Source: a virus (Duplodnaviria > Heunggongvirae > Uroviricota > Caudoviricetes). From it: a stretch of DNA of 64,000 nt. Below the pieces are notes generated by a model. It did not search any database and was not told the origin of the DNA. It worked only from the letters and a program-made list of their open reading frames with translations. How positions within the stretch are numbered: position 1 is the first letter of the stretch; each line of letters begins with the position of its first letter. A program made the position numbers and the translations under genes. Of this stretch, positions 9,945 through 19,671 are shown piece by piece. The stretch lies in IMG/VR virus record IMGVR_UViG_3300029533_000034; one strand, written 5' to 3'.

Positions 9945-11495
9945 ATGCAAAAAATTTCTGTAGCAATTTTAAATGATATTATTAGATATTTAGATAATGA
10001 TCTGATTGAATTTTATACAGACAATTATCAAAAGAATAAATATTTAAAAGAGTCGTTGTTTGATTATGTCTCCTACTATGTACAAACAGACATTCTGGAT
10101 AAGGATCCGGAAGGACTATCCAAGCTGTTGACATTAAAAATGAGAGCAAGAACTAGACGAAAGACGCGTTATTTGCAGAAATGTAAAGATGATGTTGATC
10201 TATGCATATGGGAACATACAGATAATCTTGAAAAGTTTTTTGCACGAAATAAAGTATACTCATATACTGCATTGAATGCAGAGCAGAGAGCAACAATTTA
10301 TGTAAATCAGACACTTGACGATATTATAGAAGAGTCATTGAAGCTTGTAGAAATTTGGTCGAAAGATGCCAAATCTAAAATGATTAAATGTCCCGGAACA
10401 GAATACATTACCGATAAAACAAAATGCAGCTATTTTGAGAACGATCTTTTGATAAATATATTACAAGTAATTAAAGAAAGATATCATTCTGACCTAAGTA
10501 GTCAGACCATGACATATTTAGATTATCTTGGTGATAAATCTATTCTTAGCGCATCAAGTACAAAGTTTCCGTTGAATGAAACTGGTGTGACACAAATTGA
10601 GATTAGAGATCCAATTAATTCTAATATAAAGACAGTGATTACTTATGATGGTACAAGTGCTGCTAAATATTATACATTATTAGATACGCTTGACGTAAAT
10701 ATAATCTCATACATAACGAATAAATCCATTCAGACTATCTCTGATTCAAGATCTATTTTGATTCCGGAGTCGGATTTGGTAAAAGCTGTTTTATTAAAAA
10801 ATGGAACAAACCGTATTCTCTCGCAGAGAGATAGGGAACGCGTTAGGGATCATATTTATAAACTTCAACATACAAGATTAGATGTATATCAGAATGACAC
10901 AATCATTGCTTCCTATGGTTTGCTAGGCGATACTAAATTTTCACAGATCAATGGGATCAATTATATAGAATCATTTTCTAATCAGTATATAACAAAACAA
11001 GTTGAGGATGGTCTAATTACGCGATTACCTACTTATGCTGTAGATCGTCTCGATGATAACACGGCACAATTACTGTATTTACCGTTAATGCAACAGCGCT
11101 ATAAGATCTACAGACTTATTAGGAATAAAGAGTATTCTTCCAGTAACGATTATACAGTAATTTTTAAAAGGATTGATTTTTCAAGATTTTTGAATTTTTC
11201 TAATTGTACAGTGACAAGAGAAAAAGAAATGATAGAGAATGCTTTACAGGATTATGTAAATAAAAATCTTTTTATAAAGGAATTTAAGTATTCAAGAGTA
11301 CAGGATGAATATAAAATAATTTTTTATGAGCTTTCTGAAGAAGAAATTGCTGACATTGAATACACATTTTATAATCAGGATCCTGCAAAGATATCTAATA
11401 TGATTGTTGGAAATGTGCTGTCTCCTAGTATAGTAGACGCTGCGGCAGCAAGCGCTATAGAAACAACGTTTACGGATACTGATCTAATTGAATGA
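9945..11495 (+). CDS. Putative plasmid replication initiator (Rep-like), 516 aa
   Basis: AT-rich ORF with GGAGG RBS directly after the repeat array and a terminator at ~11505-11535. Family assignment inferred mainly from context. Confidence 0.5.
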   Translation: MQKISVAILNDIIRYLDNDLIEFYTDNYQKNKYLKESLFDYVSYYVQTDILDKDPEGLSKLLTLKMRARTRRKTRYLQKCKDDVDLCIWEHTDNLEKFFARNKVYSYTALNAEQRATIYVNQTLDDIIEESLKLVEIWSKDAKSKMIKCPGTEYITDKTKCSYFENDLLINILQVIKERYHSDLSSQTMTYLDYLGDKSILSASSTKFPLNETGVTQIEIRDPINSNIKTVITYDGTSAAKYYTLLDTLDVNIISYITNKSIQTISDSRSILIPESDLVKAVLLKNGTNRILSQRDRERVRDHIYKLQHTRLDVYQNDTIIASYGLLGDTKFSQINGINYIESFSNQYITKQVEDGLITRLPTYAVDRLDDNTAQLLYLPLMQQRYKIYRLIRNKEYSSSNDYTVIFKRIDFSRFLNFSNCTVTREKEMIENALQDYVNKNLFIKEFKYSRVQDEYKIIFYELSEEEIADIEYTFYNQDPAKISNMIVGNVLSPSIVDAAAASAIETTFTDTDLIE

Positions 11496-11600
11496 AAAAA
11501 TGAAACCTTCGGTTGAACTTACCGGAGGTTTTTTTTGTGTAAAAAACTTTATCTCATATTCTTTATGAAACAAATTTCAGAATTGAAGGGAGAAAATGAG

Positions 11601-12602
11601 ATGAGTAAAGCAGACGAAGTGTTCGTTGCCATGTGCAACGATATCTTAACAAATGGAACAGACAATAAAGGAGAGGATGTACGCCCGGTATGGACGGATA
11701 CCAATGAGCCGGCGTATACGCTTGCAAGATTTGGTGTTGTCAACCGCTATGATCTGTCAAAGGAATTTCCAGCAATAACGCTCCGTCGTACTGCCATCAA
11801 GACCTGTACAGAGGAAATGTTGTGGATATGGCAGAGAAAATCCAACAACATCAATGACTTAAACAGCACCGTGTGGGATGAATGGGCGGATGAAAACGGT
11901 TCTATCGGGAAAGCCTATGGATACCAGCAAGCGAAAATGCACGGATATCCGGAAGTAACTGTTACAGGAATCGTAAAAGCATTTCCGGATGTAACAATGC
12001 TTCCATATTTTAACGGAAAGTCCTGTGCGAAGACACTCGCGGTTGTTGGCTGTACGAATGAGAATAGCCAGTTTACAGGTCGTGTAATTGGGGAAAGAAA
12101 TGGAGATATCTGGTACATGACACAGATTGACAAGGCGATTTATGATCTGGTCAACACCCCGTTCAGCCGCCGCATCATTGTTTCAATGTGGAATCCGGAG
12201 GAACAGAAAGATATGAATCTGGCTCCATGTGCATACGAAGTCACCTTTATGGTGACGGAGAAAAACGGGGAAAAATATTTGAATGCGGTCTTAAACCAGC
12301 GTTCCAATGACCTGCTTGCTGCTGGTAATTGGAATGTATGCCAGTATGCAGTTCTTGTGCATATGGTTGCAAGACATGTCGGAATGAAAGCCGGAGAGCT
12401 GGTGCATGTGATTGCGAACGCTCATATTTACGATCGGCATATTCCGATTGTGAAAGAACTGATCAAAAGGGAACAGCATCCGGCACCGGATTTCTGGTTA
12501 AATCCTGAGAAAACAAGCTTTTATAGTTTTACGGAGGATGATGTCCGTCTGGACAACTACCAGACGGGAGAGCAGGTGCGGAATATCCCAATCGCTGTCT
12601 GA
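11601..12602 (+). CDS. thyA: Thymidylate synthase with an internal insertion
   Basis: WDEWADENG, SRRIIVSMWNP, LAPC, QRSND, NAHIYDRH, C-terminal IAV. Confidence 0.95.
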   Translation: MSKADEVFVAMCNDILTNGTDNKGEDVRPVWTDTNEPAYTLARFGVVNRYDLSKEFPAITLRRTAIKTCTEEMLWIWQRKSNNINDLNSTVWDEWADENGSIGKAYGYQQAKMHGYPEVTVTGIVKAFPDVTMLPYFNGKSCAKTLAVVGCTNENSQFTGRVIGERNGDIWYMTQIDKAIYDLVNTPFSRRIIVSMWNPEEQKDMNLAPCAYEVTFMVTEKNGEKYLNAVLNQRSNDLLAAGNWNVCQYAVLVHMVARHVGMKAGELVHVIANAHIYDRHIPIVKELIKREQHPAPDFWLNPEKTSFYSFTEDDVRLDNYQTGEQVRNIPIAV

Positions 12603-12706
12603 TACAATTTCATAGCAATTTTAAGAGGAGTCTTTTAAGGCTTCTCTTTTTTTCATTTCATATTGGTATTGAAACGTAAACATATTGATTTGAAAGGAGA
12701 AAGAAT

Positions 12707-13471
12707 ATGAAAAGTATAGATACAGCAGAGTTGAAGGAGAGCGCGGATATCGTTTCTGTTGTGGAATCGACAGGAAGCCCAGTTCACAATGGAGAAAATA
12801 TCCTTTGTCTGTGCCCTTTCCATAATGACCGTCATCTTGGATCGGCCATGTTTGATAAAAAGACCGGATATTTCCACTGTTTTGCATGCGGAGCTGGAGG
12901 AAAGGGGAATACTGTTGATATCATCCGATATGTTCAGCAGGCGATGAACCTTGATTTTCGGGAATCCTGTGAATTTGTTGCAGAGTCATCATTTTCAGAT
13001 ATAAGCCAGTTTGAGACCGAATCGGAAGCACCGGATAAAAAGTTTCAGCGTATGAACCATAAGCGTTTGAAAGAACTGAGACTTGCCGGGGAAGAAAGGT
13101 GTGAGCCGGAATTTGATCCGAAAAACACGCAGGTTCCGGATGGCGATATCGTCAATTTTGTCACAACAAAAGAAGAGGTAATGGAATATGAGAAAAAGGG
13201 ATATTCTGCACAAAAACAGTGGCAGGAGATTGACGGTACAGTTGTTCTTGCTGGATGGCTTATTTACCAGAGGGTAAAAATGTCTACGGCGAAACTTGCC
13301 ATGGAAGATCCGGAAGCCTTTGCAGCTCTGTGCGCGTGGAAAAAACAGGAATTGCTTTATGAGATCAAGGAACAGAAAAAACAAGTAGAAGATACCGTTT
13401 TTGACCGTGATGAATATAACGATCTTATGAAGATCCTGAAAGCCCGTGAACAGCAGGTAGCAAAATTATAA
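12707..13471 (+). CDS. CHC2 zinc-finger (primase ZBD) protein without Toprim domain
   Basis: CPFHND...FHCFACG...DIIRYVQQAMNLDFRES. Confidence 0.8.
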   Translation: MKSIDTAELKESADIVSVVESTGSPVHNGENILCLCPFHNDRHLGSAMFDKKTGYFHCFACGAGGKGNTVDIIRYVQQAMNLDFRESCEFVAESSFSDISQFETESEAPDKKFQRMNHKRLKELRLAGEERCEPEFDPKNTQVPDGDIVNFVTTKEEVMEYEKKGYSAQKQWQEIDGTVVLAGWLIYQRVKMSTAKLAMEDPEAFAALCAWKKQELLYEIKEQKKQVEDTVFDRDEYNDLMKILKAREQQVAKL

Positions 13472-13518
13472 AAATTTAAGGTTTCTCTAGTTGGAGGAAC
13501 CTTTTTCTTGGGAAATTT

Positions 13519-13555
13519 GTTGCATTTTTATTTAAGGGATGTATATGGATTGAAA
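13519..13555 (+). repeat. Degenerate solitary CRISPR-like repeat
   Basis: GTTGCATTTTTATTTAAGGGATGTATATGGATTGAAA shares the GTTGCA start and TGGATTGAAA end with the mini-array repeats. Confidence 0.4.
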
Positions 13556-13630
13556 AGGTTTTTTAAAACATTTCAAAATCTTTTGACGATTTTCCAGATG
13601 GCGCAATATGTATCATGTAAAGATCATAAA

Positions 13631-13939
13631 CTGGGCTGCCAGGGTTACCGGCTGGCAAAAATCCTTTCGATATTTGTTTACGCTTCCGGGGAAACCCGGA
13701 AGGGATAGTGAGGACGCAGTGTAAGCTGTTTCCGGGTCCGATTCCCGGATATCCCTTTTCACTACCGCATATGGTTTTACTTTTTTGTATTTTCATTCAG
13801 CCGTCTGCGGTCTGTGGGATTTCCCACAGAACTAAAATAACGATAACCGCCAGAAAAGGATCGGGAGACTTTATCTTCCGTGCCGGACAGCAGCGTGCGT
13901 TGGCGTGGAAACTATCGGCGTACTTTGTAGACTCCTTTC
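13631..13939 (+). ncRNA. Structured ncRNA, copy 1 (hairpin / anti-leader / hairpin / tRNA-like module / 3' domain)
   Basis: Directly downstream of a class B motif. Closely similar inverted copy at 41662-41934 and a related copy at 18944-19255. Confidence 0.75.
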
Positions 13940-13991
13940 GTGCTTGGACGCTTTTGCGTCGGGCAAAATACTTCTCCTTTCGGGGAGGGGT

Positions 13992-14049
13992 ATGGGACAG
14001 CAGGTTGTATGGTAAGCACCACCTCGGGTTCGAGTCCCGGGTGTCCCAT
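13992..14049 (+). ncRNA. tRNA-like element lacking an anticodon arm
   Basis: ATGGGACA/TGTCCCAT stem and T-arm CTCGGG-TTCGAGT-CCCGGG, with only ~23 nt between them. Confidence 0.6.
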
Positions 14050-14260
14050 TTTGTCTCAACGGAATTCGTTGGATATTAACATGGCTTCGCAACCATTAAG
14101 ATAAGGCGTATTACTGCGGAAAGCGTTTTTTGTGTTTTGGTTTCCGTGGTTGAGTGCCTCTGTAGAGAAGATGTATCTCGCCTGCCAATGTAAGATCATG
14201 TTGGTGGGAGACCGCGAGTGGTAACGTGCCGCCGGGGGCGCAAAGCACAAACTTAATTTT

Positions 14261-14334
14261 GGACCGTTAGCTCAGTTGGTCAGAGCAGCCGGCTCATAAC
14301 CGGCCGGTCTGGGGCTCGAGTCCCCGACAGTCCA
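14261..14334 (+). tRNA. tRNA with CAT anticodon (Ile2-like body)
   Basis: Cloverleaf with GCCGG-CTCATAA-CCGGC. One acceptor-stem mismatch, T-loop CTCGAGT, no encoded CCA. Confidence 0.85.
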
Positions 14335-14359
14335 TTTTGAAAATTGAGAGGGAAATAAG

Positions 14360-14545
14360 ATGGAGAATTTGCTGTTTTTAAGAATTTTGGGAATTGCGGT
14401 GACATTTGCGTTTCTAGTGTATCAGGTGTATTTGTGCCAAAAATATTATGGATGGAAAGCTTCGGTCTGGCACAAAATCTTTTCGGTTCTGTTTGCGGCT
14501 GTAGTGGTTGGAATCCTTGTGGTTACAATTTCGTATGCCGATTAA
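14360..14545 (+). CDS. Small two-TM membrane protein
   Basis: 61 aa, two hydrophobic segments, GAGGG RBS. Confidence 0.55.
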   Translation: MENLLFLRILGIAVTFAFLVYQVYLCQKYYGWKASVWHKIFSVLFAAVVVGILVVTISYAD

Positions 14546-14806
14546 GACGGGCTTAAAGTTTTGCAAAGGAGTATTAAGCAAAAGGGGAAAGTTGAAGGAA
14601 TACGGGTAAAAGAGGAATATCTGATTTGCATTAAGGGAATTTTTGTCGAGGTAATGCTGGCAATATTAATTCTGCCGTTCATTCTTTATCACGGGTTCAA
14701 TGATTTTAAAACGGCAGGCTGGAAAACAGGAGAAGTTCCAGCCTGTTTTTTTATCTCATATTCTTGATGCAAACAAAATTTTACCATCGAAAGGAGATTA
14801 AAAATT

Positions 14807-17800
14807 ATGAACGGACAAGAAATAACAAAAGAAGAAGTGTTGGAACTGAGCGGGCAATATAACAGCTCATTCCATAACCATACTGAGGTGAGCCTTGGTG
14901 ATGGAGTTACAACAGCAGAACAGCTCGTAAAGCGTGCCGTTGAGATCGGAGCAGAGGTAATTGGTGTTTCCGATCATGGCAACTGTGCAAACTGGCTTCC
15001 TGTTTATAATGCTGCAAAGGCAGCCGGAATCCGATCTGCACTGGGAGTTGAGGTATATCTTGAAAACGAGCAGAATCCTGGAAGATATAACCATTTTCTT
15101 TGTACTGCAAAAAACTACGAGGGAATCCAGGATATCAGCCGCCTGGTATCAGCTGCAAACCGTAACCTGCAGAAGCGTCGTAACGGTGACATGATCCCGG
15201 TTGTGACGGATCAGATGTTAAAAAAAATTGCAACCGGAAATGTAATCGTAACAAGTGCCTGTATTGCCGGACCTGTTGCAGATCCACTTATGGACTGGAC
15301 AAGGGTTGACCGTGAGATTACAAAAGAAGTCAAAAAGATGGAAAAGCTTGTAATCCCGGAAGAAGCTCTGGAAGCAAAAAAAGTCGTTGAAGGATTTAAT
15401 GATGAACTTGGGAAAATCAGGGATAAAATTAAATGGCTTCGTCCACAGACAAAAGTTCCATCCTTTAAAAAGACGGAAAATAAAATCGCAAAGATGGAAG
15501 AGGGCGCAGATAAAGCGTTTCTACTGAAATCTCTGGAGAATGAAAAAACAGAAGCGGTAGAAAAAGCTGAAAGAGCAGCGAAAGAACTTGAAAAACTGAA
15601 GACTGAAATTGATGAAATCAAACAGTCTGATGATTATAAGGATGCAAAAAAGCAGGTAAAGAAAGCTGTTGATATCCAGAAGAAAATTGATTGGTATAAG
15701 GAGAAGATTGAGGAGCTGGAAGTGTCCAAAAAAACAGAAGATGATATGATGCACGAAGCAATAAAGATCGCCCGTCATTATCAGAAGCTTTTCGGTGATG
15801 ATTTTTATATGGAAGTCCAGTACCATGGTATTCCTGCGGAGTCGTTTGTTTACCCAAGAGAAGTAAAAGTTGCCCGGGAGCTTGGTATCAAGCTGATCGC
15901 CGCAAATGATTCCCATATTCCAACAAAGGAATATATGGAAGTCCGGACGATGCTTGAAAACATTCGTTATATCAAGAATGCAAAAGAGTATAAGAAGGAA
16001 CAGGTTGGCGATTCGGAGTTGTACATTAAGTCTGGAAGAGAGGTTGCAGAAGCACTGCTTCAGATCCTTGAACCTGATGAAGTGCTGGAAGCATTGGAAA
16101 ATACAAAGGCGGTTGCTGATCAGATCAATATTGTATGGTCTGATAAAAAGCATTACCCAAGTTTTGAAAATGCAAAGGGATTACTCCGCAGCTATTGTGA
16201 AAAAGGCGTCAGGAAACGTTATCCGGGATGCTTTACAGCAGAAATGCGTAAGCAGATGGAGTACGAGCTTGGGGTGATCGACCAGATGGGATATAACGAT
16301 TACTTCTGTGAAGTAATTGATTTCATCAAATACGCCAAAGACCACGCACTTAGAACCGAAGATGGAAAGTTTATCTCTGTAGAGATTGGACCTGGACGTG
16401 GATCGGGTGCCGGCTCTATCGTATGCTATCTGACAGGAATCACGGAAATTGATCCAATGAAATACGGATTGAAGTTCGAGCGATTCTTAAACCCAGACCG
16501 TGTATCCATGCCGGATATTGATACCGACTTTTCAAAACATGCGAGAGAAATTACGATCAAGTATGTAACAGAGAAGTATGGTTCTGCATCCGTTGCCGGT
16601 ATCATGACAAGAAACAGCATGGGCGCAAGAAATGCGATCGATTATGCTGCCAAAGTGCTTGGACTTAAGAACTGTAGCGAGAAGCGGACGTATGTGCCAC
16701 TTGCTACATCCATGAAAAAAGTACTACCGGATAAGCCGGATGTGACACTGGTAAAATACAGAAGCGTCATCGAAGAAAGTTTCGGAGGAAATGAGATCGC
16801 AGCGGAAATTCTGCGCAGAGCGGAACTTCTGGAAGGTCTTACCACATCTTTCGGGAAACATGCGGCTGGAATTATCATTGGAGATGGATCAGCACTGGAA
16901 AATTATATTCCGATCATGTGTACGGTAGATAAGGATGGTGAAAAATCCTTCGTCATTCAGGCAGATATGGTACAGGCGGAAGCACAGCTTGGTTTTATCA
17001 AGATGGATTTCCTTGGGCTTAAGAACCTGAATATTATTTCCTATTGTATGCAGGAGATCATGAAGAATAAGGGGGAAGTGATTGATCAGTACCACCTTCC
17101 GTTCGAGGATGAAGTTTTCAAAAATATTTTTGCAGAAGGCGATACGAACTTTGTATTTCAGTTTGAGTCTGCCGGCATGAAGAGAATGTTAAAAGAATTC
17201 AAACCAACCTGTTTTGAGGATATTATCCTTCTGGTTGCATGTTACCGTCCGGGTCCAATGCAGTTTTTGCAGGATGAGGGCAACAGCGTAAATGTAATCA
17301 AGGTAAAGAACGGCATCACTCCGGTAACTTATCTTGTACCGGAATTGGAACCGATCTTAAAAGATACTTACGGGGGAATCATTTACCAGGAGCAGGTTAT
17401 GACGATTTGTGTGCAGCTTGCCGGTTATTCGATTGCGCAGGCGGATGAAGTCCGCCGGTATATGAGCAAGAAGAAGACGGATAAGTTGGAGCATGAGAAG
17501 CCGGTATTCATTTATGGTGACGAAAGCCGCGGCATTCCAGGATGTGTGGCAAAAGGAATTCCTGCGGATAAAGCGGATGAACTTTTTACCATGATGGAGG
17601 ATTTTGGACGTTATGCGTTCAACAAAGCCCACGCAGCCTGCTACGCACTTGTTTCTTATAACACTGCATACCTGAAGTATCATTATTTTAGAGAGTATAT
17701 GTGCGGTGCCATGACAGAGCAGGGAGATAAGACTGCGCAGCTCGTGGAGGACTGCCGTAAACGGCACGTACGGATCTATGCACCGGATATCAATATCTCT

Positions 17801-18814
17801 GATGTAAATTTCCATTTATATCAGGATGGCATTATTTTTGGACTCACAAACATCAAGCAGGTGAATAACTTTGCTGAGAAGATTGTTGAGGAAAGAAAAG
17901 AAAATGGTGTATTCAATTCTATCGAAGATTTCGTACAGAGAATGCGTCCGGATGCGGGAGCTCTTGAAGCTCTTTGTATGTCAGGTGCCATGGATGTTTT
18001 TGGGATTGACCGTGCAGTGCTGCATGATTACTGCAAGAAATATTCTGAATGTTACAAAAATGAACAGGTCTGTAAAGAAAAACTTGAAAATCTGAATGCA
18101 GTTGATATTACAGATTTTGATGAGAAAGAGATCAAGAAACATAACGGGTCTGTAAAAACAGCAGAAGGTAATCTTGCAGAGGCGTCTCGTGAACTTTCTG
18201 AAGTAACATACGATCGTTCCCTTGTAATGGAAACCTCTGAAAAACTGGATGGAGAGATGGAATTTCTCGGACTCTGGGTATCAGGAAATCCTCTGGATGA
18301 TTATAATCTTACAGGATATTCCACATGCAATGTGGAAGAGGGAAAAGCGACGGTTGCGGGAATTGTTTCCGGACTTAAGACCATGCAGAGAAAATCGGAT
18401 GGTTCCGTAGTGGGAATGAAATTTACCTTAACGGACAAAGATTCCGGTAAAATCAGCGTTGTGATTTTTAACAAAAATTACGAGGAAGTGAAGGACATCC
18501 TCAAAGACGGAGCGGTTCTTGCTGTTGAAGGCAAAATTCAGGACGACCCGGACTGGGGAAAGCAGATGACGTCATATTCAGTAGCACCGATTGCCAAAAA
18601 GGATACTTACATTCTCTTTACCGTAAAGGATTATGAGGAGAAAGCAAAATTGTATGATCTGCTCCAGGGATACAAGGATGTTTCTGGATGCTGTATTCTG
18701 ATTTTTAATGAGATGATGCAGGAAACACAGTCTGCATCATTCCGTGTAAACAAAGATATTTTAAACCGTCAGTCTGTAAAAGCAAGAATGCTTCCGATGG
18801 CTATGGCGGGTTAA
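14807..18814 (+). CDS. dnaE: DNA polymerase III alpha subunit (DnaE-type) with a coiled-coil insertion in the PHP domain
   Basis: HNHTEVS..DG, SDHG, GRGSGAGS, FERFLNPDRVSMPDIDTD, KMDFLGL, FNKAHA, C-terminal OB fold. Confidence 0.97.
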   Translation: MNGQEITKEEVLELSGQYNSSFHNHTEVSLGDGVTTAEQLVKRAVEIGAEVIGVSDHGNCANWLPVYNAAKAAGIRSALGVEVYLENEQNPGRYNHFLCTAKNYEGIQDISRLVSAANRNLQKRRNGDMIPVVTDQMLKKIATGNVIVTSACIAGPVADPLMDWTRVDREITKEVKKMEKLVIPEEALEAKKVVEGFNDELGKIRDKIKWLRPQTKVPSFKKTENKIAKMEEGADKAFLLKSLENEKTEAVEKAERAAKELEKLKTEIDEIKQSDDYKDAKKQVKKAVDIQKKIDWYKEKIEELEVSKKTEDDMMHEAIKIARHYQKLFGDDFYMEVQYHGIPAESFVYPREVKVARELGIKLIAANDSHIPTKEYMEVRTMLENIRYIKNAKEYKKEQVGDSELYIKSGREVAEALLQILEPDEVLEALENTKAVADQINIVWSDKKHYPSFENAKGLLRSYCEKGVRKRYPGCFTAEMRKQMEYELGVIDQMGYNDYFCEVIDFIKYAKDHALRTEDGKFISVEIGPGRGSGAGSIVCYLTGITEIDPMKYGLKFERFLNPDRVSMPDIDTDFSKHAREITIKYVTEKYGSASVAGIMTRNSMGARNAIDYAAKVLGLKNCSEKRTYVPLATSMKKVLPDKPDVTLVKYRSVIEESFGGNEIAAEILRRAELLEGLTTSFGKHAAGIIIGDGSALENYIPIMCTVDKDGEKSFVIQADMVQAEAQLGFIKMDFLGLKNLNIISYCMQEIMKNKGEVIDQYHLPFEDEVFKNIFAEGDTNFVFQFESAGMKRMLKEFKPTCFEDIILLVACYRPGPMQFLQDEGNSVNVIKVKNGITPVTYLVPELEPILKDTYGGIIYQEQVMTICVQLAGYSIAQADEVRRYMSKKKTDKLEHEKPVFIYGDESRGIPGCVAKGIPADKADELFTMMEDFGRYAFNKAHAACYALVSYNTAYLKYHYFREYMCGAMTEQGDKTAQLVEDCRKRHVRIYAPDINISDVNFHLYQDGIIFGLTNIKQVNNFAEKIVEERKENGVFNSIEDFVQRMRPDAGALEALCMSGAMDVFGIDRAVLHDYCKKYSECYKNEQVCKEKLENLNAVDITDFDEKEIKKHNGSVKTAEGNLAEASRELSEVTYDRSLVMETSEKLDGEMEFLGLWVSGNPLDDYNLTGYSTCNVEEGKATVAGIVSGLKTMQRKSDGSVVGMKFTLTDKDSGKISVVIFNKNYEEVKDILKDGAVLAVEGKIQDDPDWGKQMTSYSVAPIAKKDTYILFTVKDYEEKAKLYDLLQGYKDVSGCCILIFNEMMQETQSASFRVNKDILNRQSVKARMLPMAMAG

Positions 18815-18943
18815 AAATTATTGAAATGGCTGCCTTTGGGCGGCCATTTTTTTTACGGGGAATAAGGTTGATATTTTTGTATTTCATATTGATGGTAAGA
18901 AGGAAAACGGGCGTTATTTAACGATCGTCTGTGTTCTTTCTGA

Positions 18944-19255
18944 CTATCATCATAAGATGATAGCCGTTAAGATTTCTTCTTTCAATCGTGAATGTTTACA
19001 ACCTTGGAACGCGAAAGTGTTCAGGGAACAGTGCTGGCACACGTACCGGACAGGAGACTGCCTGGTATTTCCGGTTCGATTCCGGAATGTTCCCTTTGCG
19101 CGGCATCTGCCGCGCATGAATTTCTAATTTTTTTCATAATCAATTATCTCTTTTAAATAACGATTCAATCGCCAGGAAAGGATCGGGAGATTTATCTTCC
19201 GTGCCGAACTGTGCCCGTGCATTGGCGTCAAAGAAATCGGTGTACGGCTTTCTCC
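18944..19255 (+). ncRNA. Structured ncRNA, copy 3 (includes tRNA-like module 19023-19095)
   Basis: Same order of parts as copy 1. Shares AAATAACGAT..CGCCAG..AAAGGATCGGGAGA..TATCTTCCGTGCCG..TTGGCGT..ATCGG.GTAC. Confidence 0.65.
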
Positions 19256-19353
19256 ATCTATCCCCGCGTGTTCTTCGGAATATGCGGGGTAGTTGTTTTT
19301 TATTTCATATTAAAGGTGTAAACACTAAAGCCAACGAAAGGAGAAAAGAGAAA

Positions 19354-19563
19354 ATGATGAGTAAAGGATATTACACTATTATTCGAGAATATTATGGGTT
19401 TCCAGATTACTTGAATACGGATTTGTCGAAAAAGGAAGATTGCTTTGCTTTTGATACGGAGTATGAAGCGAATCAATGTTTACGAGATATATTCGAAAAT
19501 GGTGAATGGATGGAGGATGAAAGGTATGGGAAAATAAGACATTATGTAGAGAGGAAAATATAA
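19354..19563 (+). CDS. Small hypothetical protein, paralog of 60650-60862
   Basis: Class A motif and RBS. Shared pattern YY..R...G.P..L...F.F.T...A..CL...F.NG...D..YG...HY. Confidence 0.7.
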   Translation: MMSKGYYTIIREYYGFPDYLNTDLSKKEDCFAFDTEYEANQCLRDIFENGEWMEDERYGKIRHYVERKI

Positions 19564-19671
19564 AAACTTCTATCAAGATAACAAACAGGATAAAGACGCG
19601 GCTCCGGCTGTGTCTTTTTTTTATTTCATATTGTAGGTGCAAATAAAACACAATTGAAAGGAGATTAAACA

